Assembly (NCBI GenBank): GCA_964621615.1
Contig: CAZUMW010000003.1
Location: forward strand, 19,914-83,913
Length of the DNA stretch: 64,000 nucleotides
Direction of reading: 5' to 3'
Source: an uncultured Thermodesulfobacteriota bacterium
Lineage (GTDB): Bacteria; Desulfobacterota; WTBG01; CAIYCZ01; CAIRTM01
Below are positions 10,358 to 20,373 of this stretch, piece by piece. Positions within the stretch are counted from its first letter, which is position 1, and each line of letters begins with the position of its first letter. A program made the position numbers and the translations under genes. The notes under the pieces are model-generated. The model saw only the letters and a program-made list of their open reading frames with translations, had not been told where the DNA came from and ran no database searches.

Positions 10358-12181
10358 ATGAAAAACGCAATCGTAACGACGGCAGTATCAGGATTTTTTC
10401 TGGTGGCGGGATTCTGCTGCACTGCATTCGGTGCATATCATCACATGGATGAGCAGGACTCGCCCAAATTTCAGCAGGCATATCCGGCCTATGCAGGAAC
10501 GAAGCTCGATGACTGCGCGCTGTGCCACAGCGGTGGCGAGTATGAAAAAAAGCCCGGCAAGTTCAAATCTGTGGGCAGCTGCCAGTGGTGCCACATGACC
10601 TATGGGTATGACGGAAGCGGGGATATTTCAGAGACGCTCAACGGCTACGGCGAGGATTATCTCTCGGCTGGCAGAAGCGTGAGCGCCTTTTCCTCAATCG
10701 AGTCGATGGATTCAGACAATGACACCTACAGCAACAAGGATGAGCTGCAGGCCATCCGGTATCCGGGGGATCCGGACGATGACCCCAGCAAGGTTCCTGC
10801 CCCGCGCATTGTGTATACGCTTGATGAGCTCGAGGCCATGGATACGCACATCCAGTTTATGCTCATGAACACCAGCCGGGGCGGAACGGATGCCTGTGAC
10901 TATTATGCCCAGTATACGGGCGTTACGCTTGAACATCTGCTCGACGTTTCCGGCATGCGCAGCAAAGCGGAAGGCATTACCGTTTTTTGTGCTGACGGGT
11001 GGTCGCAGACGTTTGACCTCGAGCCGGGAGGCGAAAGCTACTATGTGAACGGCACATACCCGGAAGCAACCTATTATTACGATGCCGAAGCGGACGTGGC
11101 AAACGGCGGCTGGGTTGATTATTCCTCTCCGGGCTGCCAGGGGAGGGAAGACGGTCAGATAATCAGCAATGAGAGCGGCCTTCGCTGCATGCTGGCCTAC
11201 AAGCACGACGGCGCATATCTTGAGCCGGGGCAGCTTACCAGCGAAAACAAGCTTGATGGCGAAGGACCCTACCGGGTTGTTCCTCCACAGAAAACGCCGG
11301 GGCCGCCCGATCAGCTTTCAACCGCTGCGAACCAGAACGTTATCTGGCCCTATGACGAGGATGAAGATGAGACAGATCATAATGCGGGCGGTTCGCCCAG
11401 AACCTCAACCGCAATCCGCGTGGATCCGCTGCCGGACGGGACCACGGATTTCAACTGGAACGAAGGCGGCTGGGATTATGTTGACAACAAGCAGATTGTG
11501 CTCTACGGCCTGCTCAGAAACGGTGACATTCAGGGCGCTATTACGGATAACAGTACGGGGCAGCCGGTTGAGAACGCAAAAATAAGCACGGACCGGGGAG
11601 GATATGTCGCTTTTACGGATGAGGACGGCAGCTATTCACTGAGCGGCGTTGTGTGCGGTCCGGATACCGCGACCTATACGCTGACCGTATCGGCAAGCGG
11701 CTACTCCTCTGCAAGCAGCCAGGTGACCGTTTTGAACAAGGAAACGATTGTTGCCGATTTTTCTCTGAAAGAATCGGACAATGCGACCTGTCCGGCTGAG
11801 CTTGCAGCCGGAAGCAAAATCGATCTCCTGTCTGTCTACCGTCAGCTGAGGGACCGGGTCCTTTCCGAAAGCAGTGCCGGCCGGATGTATGCGCGCCTGT
11901 ATTACCGGGTTGCTCCCGAGATAATGGCGCAGGCCCTTGGTTCAAAAGAGCTGAGAGCGGATATGCTTGACGTGCTTGAAAGCTTTTCACCGGCGGCAGC
12001 CTCCCTTGCTGCGGGAACGGGCGCGGACGTATCACGCGCACAGCTGGCAAAGCTTTCAGTCCTTATCGATGCGCTTAGACAGAATGCAAGCCCGCTGCTC
12101 AAACGAGTTCTGGATATGCTGGAGCGCGACATAAACAGAGGAGCGTTTGAATCGGCATTTCCGGTATCGATTCAGCGCTGA
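10358..12181 (+). CDS. Secreted diheme c-type cytochrome with GEGP motif, carboxypeptidase-regulatory-like domain and CFI-box-CTERM-like tail
   Basis: Signal peptide; CALCH and CQWCH; GEGPYRVVPPQ; GQPVENAKI..TDEDGSYSL; tail CPAE..LRDRVL..GRMYARLYYRVAPE. Confidence 0.8.
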   Translation: MKNAIVTTAVSGFFLVAGFCCTAFGAYHHMDEQDSPKFQQAYPAYAGTKLDDCALCHSGGEYEKKPGKFKSVGSCQWCHMTYGYDGSGDISETLNGYGEDYLSAGRSVSAFSSIESMDSDNDTYSNKDELQAIRYPGDPDDDPSKVPAPRIVYTLDELEAMDTHIQFMLMNTSRGGTDACDYYAQYTGVTLEHLLDVSGMRSKAEGITVFCADGWSQTFDLEPGGESYYVNGTYPEATYYYDAEADVANGGWVDYSSPGCQGREDGQIISNESGLRCMLAYKHDGAYLEPGQLTSENKLDGEGPYRVVPPQKTPGPPDQLSTAANQNVIWPYDEDEDETDHNAGGSPRTSTAIRVDPLPDGTTDFNWNEGGWDYVDNKQIVLYGLLRNGDIQGAITDNSTGQPVENAKISTDRGGYVAFTDEDGSYSLSGVVCGPDTATYTLTVSASGYSSASSQVTVLNKETIVADFSLKESDNATCPAELAAGSKIDLLSVYRQLRDRVLSESSAGRMYARLYYRVAPEIMAQALGSKELRADMLDVLESFSPAAASLAAGTGADVSRAQLAKLSVLIDALRQNASPLLKRVLDMLERDINRGAFESAFPVSIQR

Positions 12182-12195
12182 AACAGGCAAACGAC

Positions 12196-12227
12196 AAAAA
12201 AGGGGGCGCCGCCATGCCCCCTTTTTT
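12196..12227 (+). terminator. Rho-independent terminator (bidirectional type)
   Basis: AAAAAAGGGGGC-N8-GCCCCCTTTTTT. Confidence 0.8.
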
Positions 12228-12245
12228 GTTATGTGGAGGATATGA

Positions 12246-12641
12246 ATGAAAGATAGACTGTGTATTCGTGCAGGGCTGCGTGCTGTATTTGCTGCTGCCT
12301 GTGTGTGGTTTCTATTCGCCTCATCAGCATATGCCCAGCAGGTCACCGGGAAAAGCTACACCACCTTTATTTATTCCGATCTGGTTGAGGAACCCTCAAC
12401 TGAAATGTCGTTTCAGGAAAACGGGTCCCTGCATATTGATGCTTACAGCGGCGTGGGGCTGTACGCGGCTGCGGGGCCGGTTTTTGCCGGAACGTTTTCC
12501 GCACCGAATTTCACTGAAACAGAGGACCTTTTTCTGATGATTGCCGGAGCGGTGGTGACCGATTTTATCGGCGGCATCGGCCTTGCGTTTGTCGATGGAG
12601 CGATTCGCGACCAGTTTGTTTTTTTCGGCTACGCCCGGTAA
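12246..12641 (+). CDS. Hypothetical secreted protein
   Basis: GGAGG RBS; signal peptide ending AYA. Confidence 0.65.
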   Translation: MKDRLCIRAGLRAVFAAACVWFLFASSAYAQQVTGKSYTTFIYSDLVEEPSTEMSFQENGSLHIDAYSGVGLYAAAGPVFAGTFSAPNFTETEDLFLMIAGAVVTDFIGGIGLAFVDGAIRDQFVFFGYAR

Positions 12642-12790
12642 TGTTGACAAATAACAGTATACAATGGGGTGCCACGGATAAACCGTGGAAGGAAAAAAAA
12701 GAGAGCCTCTTCAATTAGTAGCCACCAAGTCGATATATGTGCTTTTTTGAGTGATGCACCCGCAAAAGTATCCCCCTGCGCTGGAGGAAT

Positions 12791-13726
12791 ATGATTATAC
12801 GTTATATGTGTGCAGGAATATGTCTTATTATGTTTGTTTCGGCATCCTCGTGCCGTGATGGTAACCCGGAAAAACATCTTATTATCAAGCCCGCAGACAA
12901 TACTGAGTGTAGAGGCGGGGAATCGATAACCTTTGAGGCGTCCGTTCCGGAGGCGTTCGGGCCGGTTTCTTCAGCCCGATGGCGATTCGGCGACGGTGTT
13001 TGTGCCGATGGCATGGCCGCAGCGCATGCGTATGATTCAAAAGGTCGGTATACCGTTTCATTTACCGCGACAAATGAGTTCCGGGAGCAGATGAGCGACA
13101 ACCGTACCCTGGATATAACCACAAGCCGGTTTGTAAAGCTCGATGAACAGGGATTGCCTGTTGCAGATAATGCCTCAATCTGGGCTGCGGTGTATGACGA
13201 CAGCACCGGGCTGGTGTGGGAGGTGAAAAACGATTTTGACGGGATCGCTGACTACAGCGATCCCGGCGATGCTGATAACACCTACACCTGGTATGACAGC
13301 GACCGGCAGACAAACGGCGGCGATGCCGGAACCCCCGGTGATGGTACCGATACACAGGATATGATCAGCGCGCTGAACCAGAAATCGTGGGCCGGGTTTA
13401 CTTCCTGGCGCATGCCGACATGTGAGGAGCTTGCCGGGCTGAGGGATGCAGGCCGGTTCAACCCGGCTGTCAATGCACGCTATTTCCCTCAGACGGCCCC
13501 CTGGTATTACTGGTCATCCACAAGCTACGACCCGCCATTCCATTATGCCGCCTGCCACATAGATTTTCTGGGCTCTTCTGATAGGCAGTGCCCCGCCCTG
13601 ATAACCAGTTTTAACCATTACGGCATGAAGGATCTGCGCTACCACGCGCGCGGAGTTGTGCCGTGCCCCGCACTTTCGTCTGGAGCGACGTCATCGAACA
13701 CCGCCGCTTGCTTGCATGCACAATGA
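12791..13726 (+). CDS. PKD domain + DUF1566 (Lcl C-terminal-like) lipoprotein
   Basis: WRFGDG..HAY...GRYTVSFT (PKD); DSTGLVWE, WRMPTCEEL, YWSST (DUF1566). Confidence 0.85.
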   Translation: MIIRYMCAGICLIMFVSASSCRDGNPEKHLIIKPADNTECRGGESITFEASVPEAFGPVSSARWRFGDGVCADGMAAAHAYDSKGRYTVSFTATNEFREQMSDNRTLDITTSRFVKLDEQGLPVADNASIWAAVYDDSTGLVWEVKNDFDGIADYSDPGDADNTYTWYDSDRQTNGGDAGTPGDGTDTQDMISALNQKSWAGFTSWRMPTCEELAGLRDAGRFNPAVNARYFPQTAPWYYWSSTSYDPPFHYAACHIDFLGSSDRQCPALITSFNHYGMKDLRYHARGVVPCPALSSGATSSNTAACLHAQ

Positions 13727-13775
13727 TGCACGATTGATTTTATGCTTCCAGCATTAATATGCATCCATGACCCTG

Positions 13776-14069
13776 CTACGCGGTCCACGTATATCTGCTT
13801 CGAGCTGTGTGCCGGTATCGAACGTCATGCCCGGTATTGTTTCCGTGTATACGGTTTTTCAACTGGCGAAGCTCTTGTACAGCGTTCTGAATAAGTTTCC
13901 AGTGGTGGTATGCCGCAGTAACATGTTTGAATTTTTCTTCGCTTTCTTTGTTTCCCGGCATGACATCCGGATGATGAATATGGGCAAATCTTCGAAAAGC
14001 TTTTTTGACAGTTTCTGGGGATGCGTTATTATCTATCCCCAAAAGCTGAAAAATGTTTTTACATTCCAT
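13776..14069 (-). CDS. Small J-domain protein
   Basis: LLGI..NAS...VKKAFR...HHPD...EEKFK. Confidence 0.85.
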   Translation of the reverse strand: MECKNIFQLLGIDNNASPETVKKAFRRFAHIHHPDVMPGNKESEEKFKHVTAAYHHWKLIQNAVQELRQLKNRIHGNNTGHDVRYRHTARSRYTWTA

Positions 14070-14175
14070 CGCGCCTTTCTCTCCCCGTATAAATAGAGTA
14101 TCTTCTGATTTCTTTTAATCTATCATCAGGAGTTCAAGGGTGTATAAGGGCTTTGTAAAGTTTTGGTAAAGAAGG

Positions 14176-15240
14176 TTAGCGAGGCAGGAAAAACCAAACC
14201 GCGGTTTGTTTGTCGCTGCTGTCAGCACCGACCCGGCCTCCATGGGCCTCAACAAAACCTTTAACTATAGCCAGGCCGATGCCTGCACCGCCACGGTCAC
14301 GATTTCGCGAAACATCGACACGGAAAAAACGCTCAAATATAAAGGGGAGTCTATCGTTTGGTATTTTTTTACCCGTGTTTGCAACAGCAACACGCATGCC
14401 CGATGGTTCCATAGCCGAAGAAACAGTAATTGTTCCTGATCGAGGGGTATATTCAACGGCATTTTGTATGAGATTTCTAACGACAAACAACATTAAGCGC
14501 CCGTCTGCATGAATAAACTGTTCGCTGTCTTGCATGTCGGTTACAACACTCAGGTTTTTTTTCGCAATCGTATCCTCGTAATATCTTAGGACTTTATCGA
14601 TCAGGGGCTTTAGCAGGAATTCGGTTTTGCGGATATTGTCCTTGGCATGATCTGCCTTGGCTAGCTGTACAACATTTTCAACGAGGTTTATAAGACGCAT
14701 TACTTCCTCATGGAGCAGTGTAAGCGTCTCCTGTGAGGAGGGGACTATGCTTCCGATCATTCCTTCTATATACCCCCGGAGGTTGGTTAGGGGCGTGCGC
14801 AATTCATGAGCGATGTCTGCAAGCATGACCCTTCGAAGATTTTCGATTTTTGCTATATCCTCAACCATGTGCTCAAAAATGGCTGAGATCTCTTCCAGTT
14901 CATTGTTTTTAAGGGTGGCGATTGTTTGCGCGGAATGGCCGGCTTCTATGTTGCGGATCAGCAATTTTATCTTTTTTATCGGTTTCAGCATTCGTCGGGT
15001 AAGCATCCCGAAAAGAAAGCCTGAAATGAGCCCTCCAACGAGAATGCCAAGCCAAAAATACGGCTGGATCGCCTTGAGGAAGAGCTCCGGTGTGATCCTG
15101 GTGGAAATGCTGTGCCTGCTGGAAAGTTGTGCAAAAGGGTCGGTTAGAAAAAAGAATAAAGAAATCTCTATGACGATAACCAGAACAGTCAGCGACAGCA
15201 TATTGACGATCAGCAGTTTGCCTGTCAGAGATTTCACCAT
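14176..15240 (-). CDS. Membrane sensor histidine kinase (BaeS-like, HAMP)
   Basis: Two TM segments; AHELRTPL, NLIQNA, IFERFFR, GAGIGLAI. Confidence 0.95.
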   Translation of the reverse strand: MVKSLTGKLLIVNMLSLTVLVIVIEISLFFFLTDPFAQLSSRHSISTRITPELFLKAIQPYFWLGILVGGLISGFLFGMLTRRMLKPIKKIKLLIRNIEAGHSAQTIATLKNNELEEISAIFEHMVEDIAKIENLRRVMLADIAHELRTPLTNLRGYIEGMIGSIVPSSQETLTLLHEEVMRLINLVENVVQLAKADHAKDNIRKTEFLLKPLIDKVLRYYEDTIAKKNLSVVTDMQDSEQFIHADGRLMLFVVRNLIQNAVEYTPRSGTITVSSAMEPSGMRVAVANTGKKIPNDRLPFIFERFFRVDVSRNRDRGGAGIGLAIVKGFVEAHGGRVGADSSDKQTAVWFFLPR

Positions 15241-15960
15241 TCAGCCAGGCTGCTCCCCCTTTTCAATAAATTCATACCCAAGCCCTCTGACTGTTCGGAT
15301 GTAGCGGGGTGAGGAGAGATCGGATTCGATTTTTTGTCTGAGCTTTCCGATATGGACATCGATTACCCGGTCAACAACCGCCGTGCGGGCGTTTGGGTAC
15401 AGATGATCAAGCAGCTCAGCCCGGCAGAATATTTTCCCCGGCCGCCGCATAAGCGCCGAAAGCAGAATATATTCATGTGAGGTGAGCGATACGGGCCGGC
15501 CGCCAAGGGTTACTTTGCGTTTTTCCGCGTCGAGCACCAGGCTGCCTGAGCTATAAAAATTGTTAGGCTGCCGGTGGTTTCGGCCACAGCTTCTGCGGAG
15601 AATTGCCCGTATCCGCGCTACCAGCTCGCTGGGGCTGAATGGCTTGACGACGTAATCATCAGCACCCATCCGTAGACCCGAAACTCGATCAATCTCATCG
15701 CTGCGAGCGGTCAGCATCAGAACAGGCACATCACTGGCTTTGCGGATCTGCCTGATAACATCCCACCCATCTGCTTCGGGAAGCATAAGGTCAAGTATAA
15801 TGAAGTCAGGTTTGTGGCGCGAAAACAGAATTAAGGCCTCGGCGCCGGAGAAGGCCGCTATGGTGTGAAACCCCTCATGATCGAGATATCGGGTTATAAG
15901 ATCATTTGTTTTTATATCGTCTTCGACGATGAGAATGGATGCGGTGGCCGGGGACATCAT
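15241..15960 (-). CDS. OmpR-family response regulator
   Basis: ILIVEDD, LDLMLP, MLTA, GADDYVVKPF, IDVHIGKLR, TVRGLGY. Confidence 0.95.
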   Translation of the reverse strand: MMSPATASILIVEDDIKTNDLITRYLDHEGFHTIAAFSGAEALILFSRHKPDFIILDLMLPEADGWDVIRQIRKASDVPVLMLTARSDEIDRVSGLRMGADDYVVKPFSPSELVARIRAILRRSCGRNHRQPNNFYSSGSLVLDAEKRKVTLGGRPVSLTSHEYILLSALMRRPGKIFCRAELLDHLYPNARTAVVDRVIDVHIGKLRQKIESDLSSPRYIRTVRGLGYEFIEKGEQPG

Positions 15961-16459
15961 TATATTACTTTCTTTTTTGAAAATTGTAATTAGGGTATGC
16001 AATGTGCATAACAAATATGGGGTCTGCCCGACTTTGCCGGGTATCTGGTGTGTCAATTACGGCAATACCTGGCTTTCCTGGTGACTGTATACGTATAGTG
16101 GGGTTATGGTAAAATGGATTACCGTCTACACATGCAGTAGTAAATAAAGAAACCAGATAACAGCTGTAACCGCCTTATACGTTCAGACGTTCCAGTGTGA
16201 TTCCGGCAATTAAAATAGTGTACATTTAGATACGCCGGAGAAGCTATTGTGCCGCACAACAGGGATTGTTACAGTTGTTGTCCGTGTAGGCGCGGGTATA
16301 TGTGCCGCTTTGAGCGGCTCCTCATAGAGTCTCCGGCTTTATCTGAAAGGGCTTTTGTTTTATGTATAATGAGTTTGCCGGGGGGTGTCAAGGGCAGTGC
16401 TCGCCGGAAGTAAACATTTGTGTTACGGTTAAAAAATTCTTCAATAAAAGGGAAGTAAC

Positions 16460-16657
16460 ATGGAAAAACAATGTACGGGTAATCATGAAATACATATATG
16501 TGAAATGGCTTCCCGGGATAAGTTTGAAGAAATTCGGAGCTTAGTTGATAAGCCGGAATATGTCTGCGGAAACTGCGGACGGATTGCCAATCTAGACAAA
16601 AATCTTTGCCGGCCGATACCTCTTGATGATGTTCTGCCTAAGCTTTGTCTCGATTGA
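16460..16657 (+). CDS. Small Cys/His-rich hypothetical protein
   Basis: 65 aa; HxxHxC...CGNCGR...NLCRP; purine-rich RBS. Confidence 0.7.
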   Translation: MEKQCTGNHEIHICEMASRDKFEEIRSLVDKPEYVCGNCGRIANLDKNLCRPIPLDDVLPKLCLD

Positions 16658-16921
16658 AAATCATATCTCTATAAAACAAAAGCAATTATGAGCCATCGCT
16701 TGTGTGCTTTTGCTGAAACGCTGCTGCTTATTGTCTCTTTCGGGAAGCAAAGCCCTCGGCTTCCCTGACATGCGGTCGGAATCTTCGCTCCGCCCCGGCG
16801 AGATCTTCGACGGGCGAAGGCTTCACGTTAAGGGCCGTAGACATTGCAGCCGTGGAGTATCTGGTTCATCCTTCAGGCAATTGACTCATATTCCTTCAGC
16901 GCTTTGCCGGCAACAGAAACA

Positions 16922-16955
16922 CCGGAATCGCCGCTGAGTTCGGCGGCGATTCCGG
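16922..16955 (-). terminator. Strong hairpin, probable terminator of the His-rich outer-membrane gene
   Basis: CCGGAATCGCCGC / GCGGCGATTCCGG perfect 13-bp stem between convergent genes. Confidence 0.65.
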
Positions 16956-17001
16956 ATGTCCATGGCTTTCGATTATGGTACAATAAAAAGTTCCTTCGTC
17001 T

Positions 17002-18339
17002 CTAATGCTCATCTTCCAGATGGACATGCCTGCCGAGCGTAAACACCCACTGGAGAAACACCTCATTTGAGTCCTTGTCGTGATTGCGCTGCGTATTTTT
17101 AAACTGGAGGCGAAGCCGGTTGCTTTTTGTATAGTCGTGAGTCAGATAGGCAGAATATTCGGTTATGTGATCGCGTGAGCGCAGGGGTCGCTCAGCATAG
17201 TCGTAGCGCAGGCCGGCGATCCAGCGCGGGGCAAACGACCAGTCGAGAAAGCTGTAAAGGCCATATGAGCGCTCCCAGCTCGAGCCTTCTTCTATCTGGG
17301 CGGCGATAAGCTCGGACTGCCACCGGATGCGCCGGTGCGGATCGTCAAGCGGTCGCCACAGCACGGTCAGATCGCCTGCCTCATAATAAAAGCGCGGCGA
17401 GTCGGAATCGTCTTCGAACCTGCCGGTAAGGCCGGACAGGCCCCAGCATACTTTCACCGATTCGGTTTCGGGAAGGGTGTTTGTCAGCCGGGCGACATAT
17501 ACAAGATCGTCATAATCCTTCAGGCGCCGGTCATCATCCGCATCATCGTGATCGTGCAGGACGAGGTCGTCATCATGGCCGTGGTGATGCCGGTTCCCGT
17601 TAAGCATCTGCAGGGTATAGGTAAACGGAGTCCCCCACAGCGACGGGAATGTGCCGCCGATGCCCACGCCCTCATCGATATAGCCTTCATGCCCCAGATA
17701 TTCGCGGTACATGAGCGGGTAGTCAACCTGGGGAAGCGCATGAGGATGGATGGTGTTCAGAAGTCCGAAGTTGACCCTGAAACGGCCAAGCTTTGCATCG
17801 GTGCCCAGCGGCAGCAGGTCGTATACATCAAGAAATCCCTCTTCAAGGCTCACATCGTCGTCGTGATACGCAAAGTTGAACACCGCCCGGGCGACGTTAT
17901 CAATGGTGCCGGTAAAAGTCAGATCGACCCCCCGCAGATCGAACCGGTCATCATAGGTTCGCAGGTGATGGTCCTCGGAAAGATTTGCAACAAAGTCGCC
18001 CGTGACGCTGATATTGGGCTTAAGGCCGGACAGCAGCTCATGGAGATCGGCTGAATGACCATCCTCAGGCTTATTCATATCGTGTTCCTCGGATTGTGCA
18101 ACGACATGGTCCCCGGATCCCGGTACAATTTCAGTCTGATGACCGCGAAGCCGCTCAATGGTTTTGCTTTGATCTTTTATAATATTTTTCAAATCGCCGA
18201 CGAGTGATTTTAACTCCTGCATTTGTTTTTTCAGCGCTTCAACTTCTGCGCGGCTCGCATAATCCTGTGCCCATGCAGCAGTCGATGCGAAAAAAGCCAA
18301 TAACAGACAAAATGTAGCTGCCGTGGCTGTCTTTTTCAT
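17002..18339 (-). CDS. His-rich outer-membrane beta-barrel protein, putative metal uptake
   Basis: Signal peptide, coiled coil, FGLLNTIHPH, loop HHHGHDDDLVLHDHDD, C-terminus LGRHVHLEDEH. Confidence 0.75.
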   Translation of the reverse strand: MKKTATAATFCLLLAFFASTAAWAQDYASRAEVEALKKQMQELKSLVGDLKNIIKDQSKTIERLRGHQTEIVPGSGDHVVAQSEEHDMNKPEDGHSADLHELLSGLKPNISVTGDFVANLSEDHHLRTYDDRFDLRGVDLTFTGTIDNVARAVFNFAYHDDDVSLEEGFLDVYDLLPLGTDAKLGRFRVNFGLLNTIHPHALPQVDYPLMYREYLGHEGYIDEGVGIGGTFPSLWGTPFTYTLQMLNGNRHHHGHDDDLVLHDHDDADDDRRLKDYDDLVYVARLTNTLPETESVKVCWGLSGLTGRFEDDSDSPRFYYEAGDLTVLWRPLDDPHRRIRWQSELIAAQIEEGSSWERSYGLYSFLDWSFAPRWIAGLRYDYAERPLRSRDHITEYSAYLTHDYTKSNRLRLQFKNTQRNHDKDSNEVFLQWVFTLGRHVHLEDEH

Positions 18340-18388
18340 GTTCGGTCTCCTTAGCAAACAAATAGTCAATTTTTGTGAGGGATATGTT

Positions 18389-18739
18389 TTAGACTATGGG
18401 GAATATATTTTTTGGAGGTGCCCGGGCAAAAAGGCCAGTGTAGCGTGTGTTTTTATGTATCCTGGAGGCAGTGGCGATGAGGATAATGGATCGACTGCCG
18501 GGAATGACCGCAGTCATGCATGGGCAGGGAAGGGTGGCCGGTGCGTGCGGGCCTGCTGTTTTATCTCTGAACAGCTTGCCGTCTTTTATGCATTTGCACG
18601 CGGCGCTGTGCTCAAGCCCGTGTGCTTTGTGGCTGCAGGCTATGTGCACCATCGGCGCAAACAGCCCGGTGCCGGCAAAGAGGGCCAGGACGAAAAAAAG
18701 GTAGGCTATTGAATAAAAATAAGAATCGGTTCGCTTCAT
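18389..18739 (-). CDS. Small Cys/His protein ending in an ARAPP motif (DUF2946-like)
   Basis: TM/signal segment, several His/Cys, CPC, C-terminal ARAPP; upstream of the His-rich OMP; start uncertain. Confidence 0.5.
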   Translation of the reverse strand: MKRTDSYFYSIAYLFFVLALFAGTGLFAPMVHIACSHKAHGLEHSAACKCIKDGKLFRDKTAGPHAPATLPCPCMTAVIPGSRSIILIATASRIHKNTRYTGLFARAPPKNIFPIV

Positions 18740-18969
18740 GGGTAGAAAATTGCCGCTTCTATTGAAGCTCTCATAATACCACAATCCCCAGATAAAAAAA
18801 CAGTTTATTAGCGGGCAGGAGTTTTTACAAAAAAACGGCAAAATTGCGTATAGTCAGTAATGACAAGTATTGTGGTAGTAGTACCCGGCAAGGCATTCAA
18901 TTATGTATTGATATTCCAAATTATTTTTGTAAACACCATAATTTTTATTGATTTTACTTTGTTTTTTAA

Positions 18970-18998
18970 TTGACATATGTGGACCATTGTTATATAAA
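18970..18998 (+). promoter_or_regulatory. Candidate sigma70 promoter of metK
   Basis: TTGACA-N17-TATAAA. Confidence 0.55.
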
Positions 18999-19059
18999 GA
19001 TATGATACGCTAACGTCAGACGAGCAAACAGCAGATGAGGAGGAAAACAGTATATGTCG

Positions 19060-20217
19060 ATGAAAAATTATTTGTTTACATCCGAGTCGATTACGGAAGG
19101 CCATCCGGATAAAATTGCAGACCGGATTTCGGACTCCGTGCTCGATGCAATTATTGGGCAGGACAAGAATTGCCGGGTCGCCTGTGAAACGCTGGTAACA
19201 ACAGGGCTGGCGCTTATTGCCGGTGAAATAAGCACGGACTGCTATGTGCATCTGCCTGACATAGTGCGCAACGCCATTAAGGAAATCGGCTATGATGATG
19301 CGTCAATGGGCTTTGACTGGGAAACCTGTGCCGTTATGAATTCTCTTGACAAGCAGTCGCCGGATATCGCGATGGGCGTGGATGAGTACACCGGTCATGA
19401 GCAGGGTGCAGGCGACCAGGGGCTTATGTTCGGCTTTGCCTGTGATGAGACCCCGGAGCTTATGCCCATGCCGATTCAGTTTGCCCACGGCCTTACCAAG
19501 CGCCTGGCCTTTGTCAGAAAAAACAACATCCTTGATTTTCTCCGGCCTGACGGGAAATCACAGGTGACCATTGAGTATGATAACAAAAAGCCGGTACGTG
19601 TTGATGCCGTGGTTATCGCTACACAGCATACCCCTGAGGTAAAAGACAAAGCCCTTAAGGAAGGAATTATCGAAGAGGTTATTAAAAAGGTTATTCCTGA
19701 AGGCATGATGGATGACAATACCAAGTTTCATATTAACGCAACCGGACGCTTTGTCGTGGGCGGCCCGCAGGGTGACTGCGGCCTTACCGGACGCAAGATT
19801 ATCTGTGATACCTATGGCGGTCAGGGAAGCCATGGCGGCGGTGCCTTTTCAGGCAAGGATCCCTCCAAAGTCGACCGGTCGGCATCATATATGGCCCGCT
19901 ATGTTGCCAAGAACATAGTCGCCGCTGAGCTGGCAACGCACTGTGAGGTGCAGCTGTCCTATGCAATCGGTGTTGCCACCCCGGTGTCTATCATGATCAA
20001 TACGTTCGGTACAAGCAAGATTTCGCCCGACAGAATTGCCGAAATCATCAACGAGGTATTTGATTTCCGGCCGGCTCAGATTATCAAGAAGCTCAGGCTG
20101 CTGCGGCCGATTTATACCAAGACATCATCATACGGTCATTTTGGCCGCACTGATGAGGATTTTTCCTGGGAAAAAATCGATATGGCTGAAGCTATTCGCG
20201 AAAAAGCCGGTATATAA
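19060..20217 (+). CDS. metK: S-adenosylmethionine synthetase
   Basis: [34 protein letters not shown]; alternative start 19054. Confidence 0.98.
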   Translation: MKNYLFTSESITEGHPDKIADRISDSVLDAIIGQDKNCRVACETLVTTGLALIAGEISTDCYVHLPDIVRNAIKEIGYDDASMGFDWETCAVMNSLDKQSPDIAMGVDEYTGHEQGAGDQGLMFGFACDETPELMPMPIQFAHGLTKRLAFVRKNNILDFLRPDGKSQVTIEYDNKKPVRVDAVVIATQHTPEVKDKALKEGIIEEVIKKVIPEGMMDDNTKFHINATGRFVVGGPQGDCGLTGRKIICDTYGGQGSHGGGAFSGKDPSKVDRSASYMARYVAKNIVAAELATHCEVQLSYAIGVATPVSIMINTFGTSKISPDRIAEIINEVFDFRPAQIIKKLRLLRPIYTKTSSYGHFGRTDEDFSWEKIDMAEAIREKAGI

Positions 20218-20244
20218 GTTTCTGGATATATGTTTTGACATTAC

Positions 20245-20280
20245 AAAGGGGTTTGGGTTTTTGCTCAAACCCCTTTTTTT
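20245..20280 (+). terminator. metK terminator
   Basis: AAAGGGGTTTG...CAAACCCCTTTTTTT. Confidence 0.85.
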
Positions 20281-20303
20281 ATAGGTGAATAGCGGATCAT
20301 TAA

Positions 20304-20367
20304 ATTATTTTGGACACCAGTGACGTATGGTATATCATAATTGAGGTTCACTGGTGTCCAAAATAAT
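20304..20367. repeat. Perfect 20-bp inverted repeat with 24-nt spacer
   Basis: ATTATTTTGGACACCAGTGA (20304-20323) / TCACTGGTGTCCAAAATAAT (20348-20367). Confidence 0.9.
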
Positions 20368-20373
20368 GTAACG

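Noticed and set aside
13490-13680. DUF1566 C-terminus as a diversity-generating retroelement target
   Set aside because: No template repeat or reverse transcriptase seen in the window
16690-16900. Possible gene fragment or RNA downstream of the small Cys protein
   Set aside because: Short interrupted frames with no recognisable motif; cannot be supported
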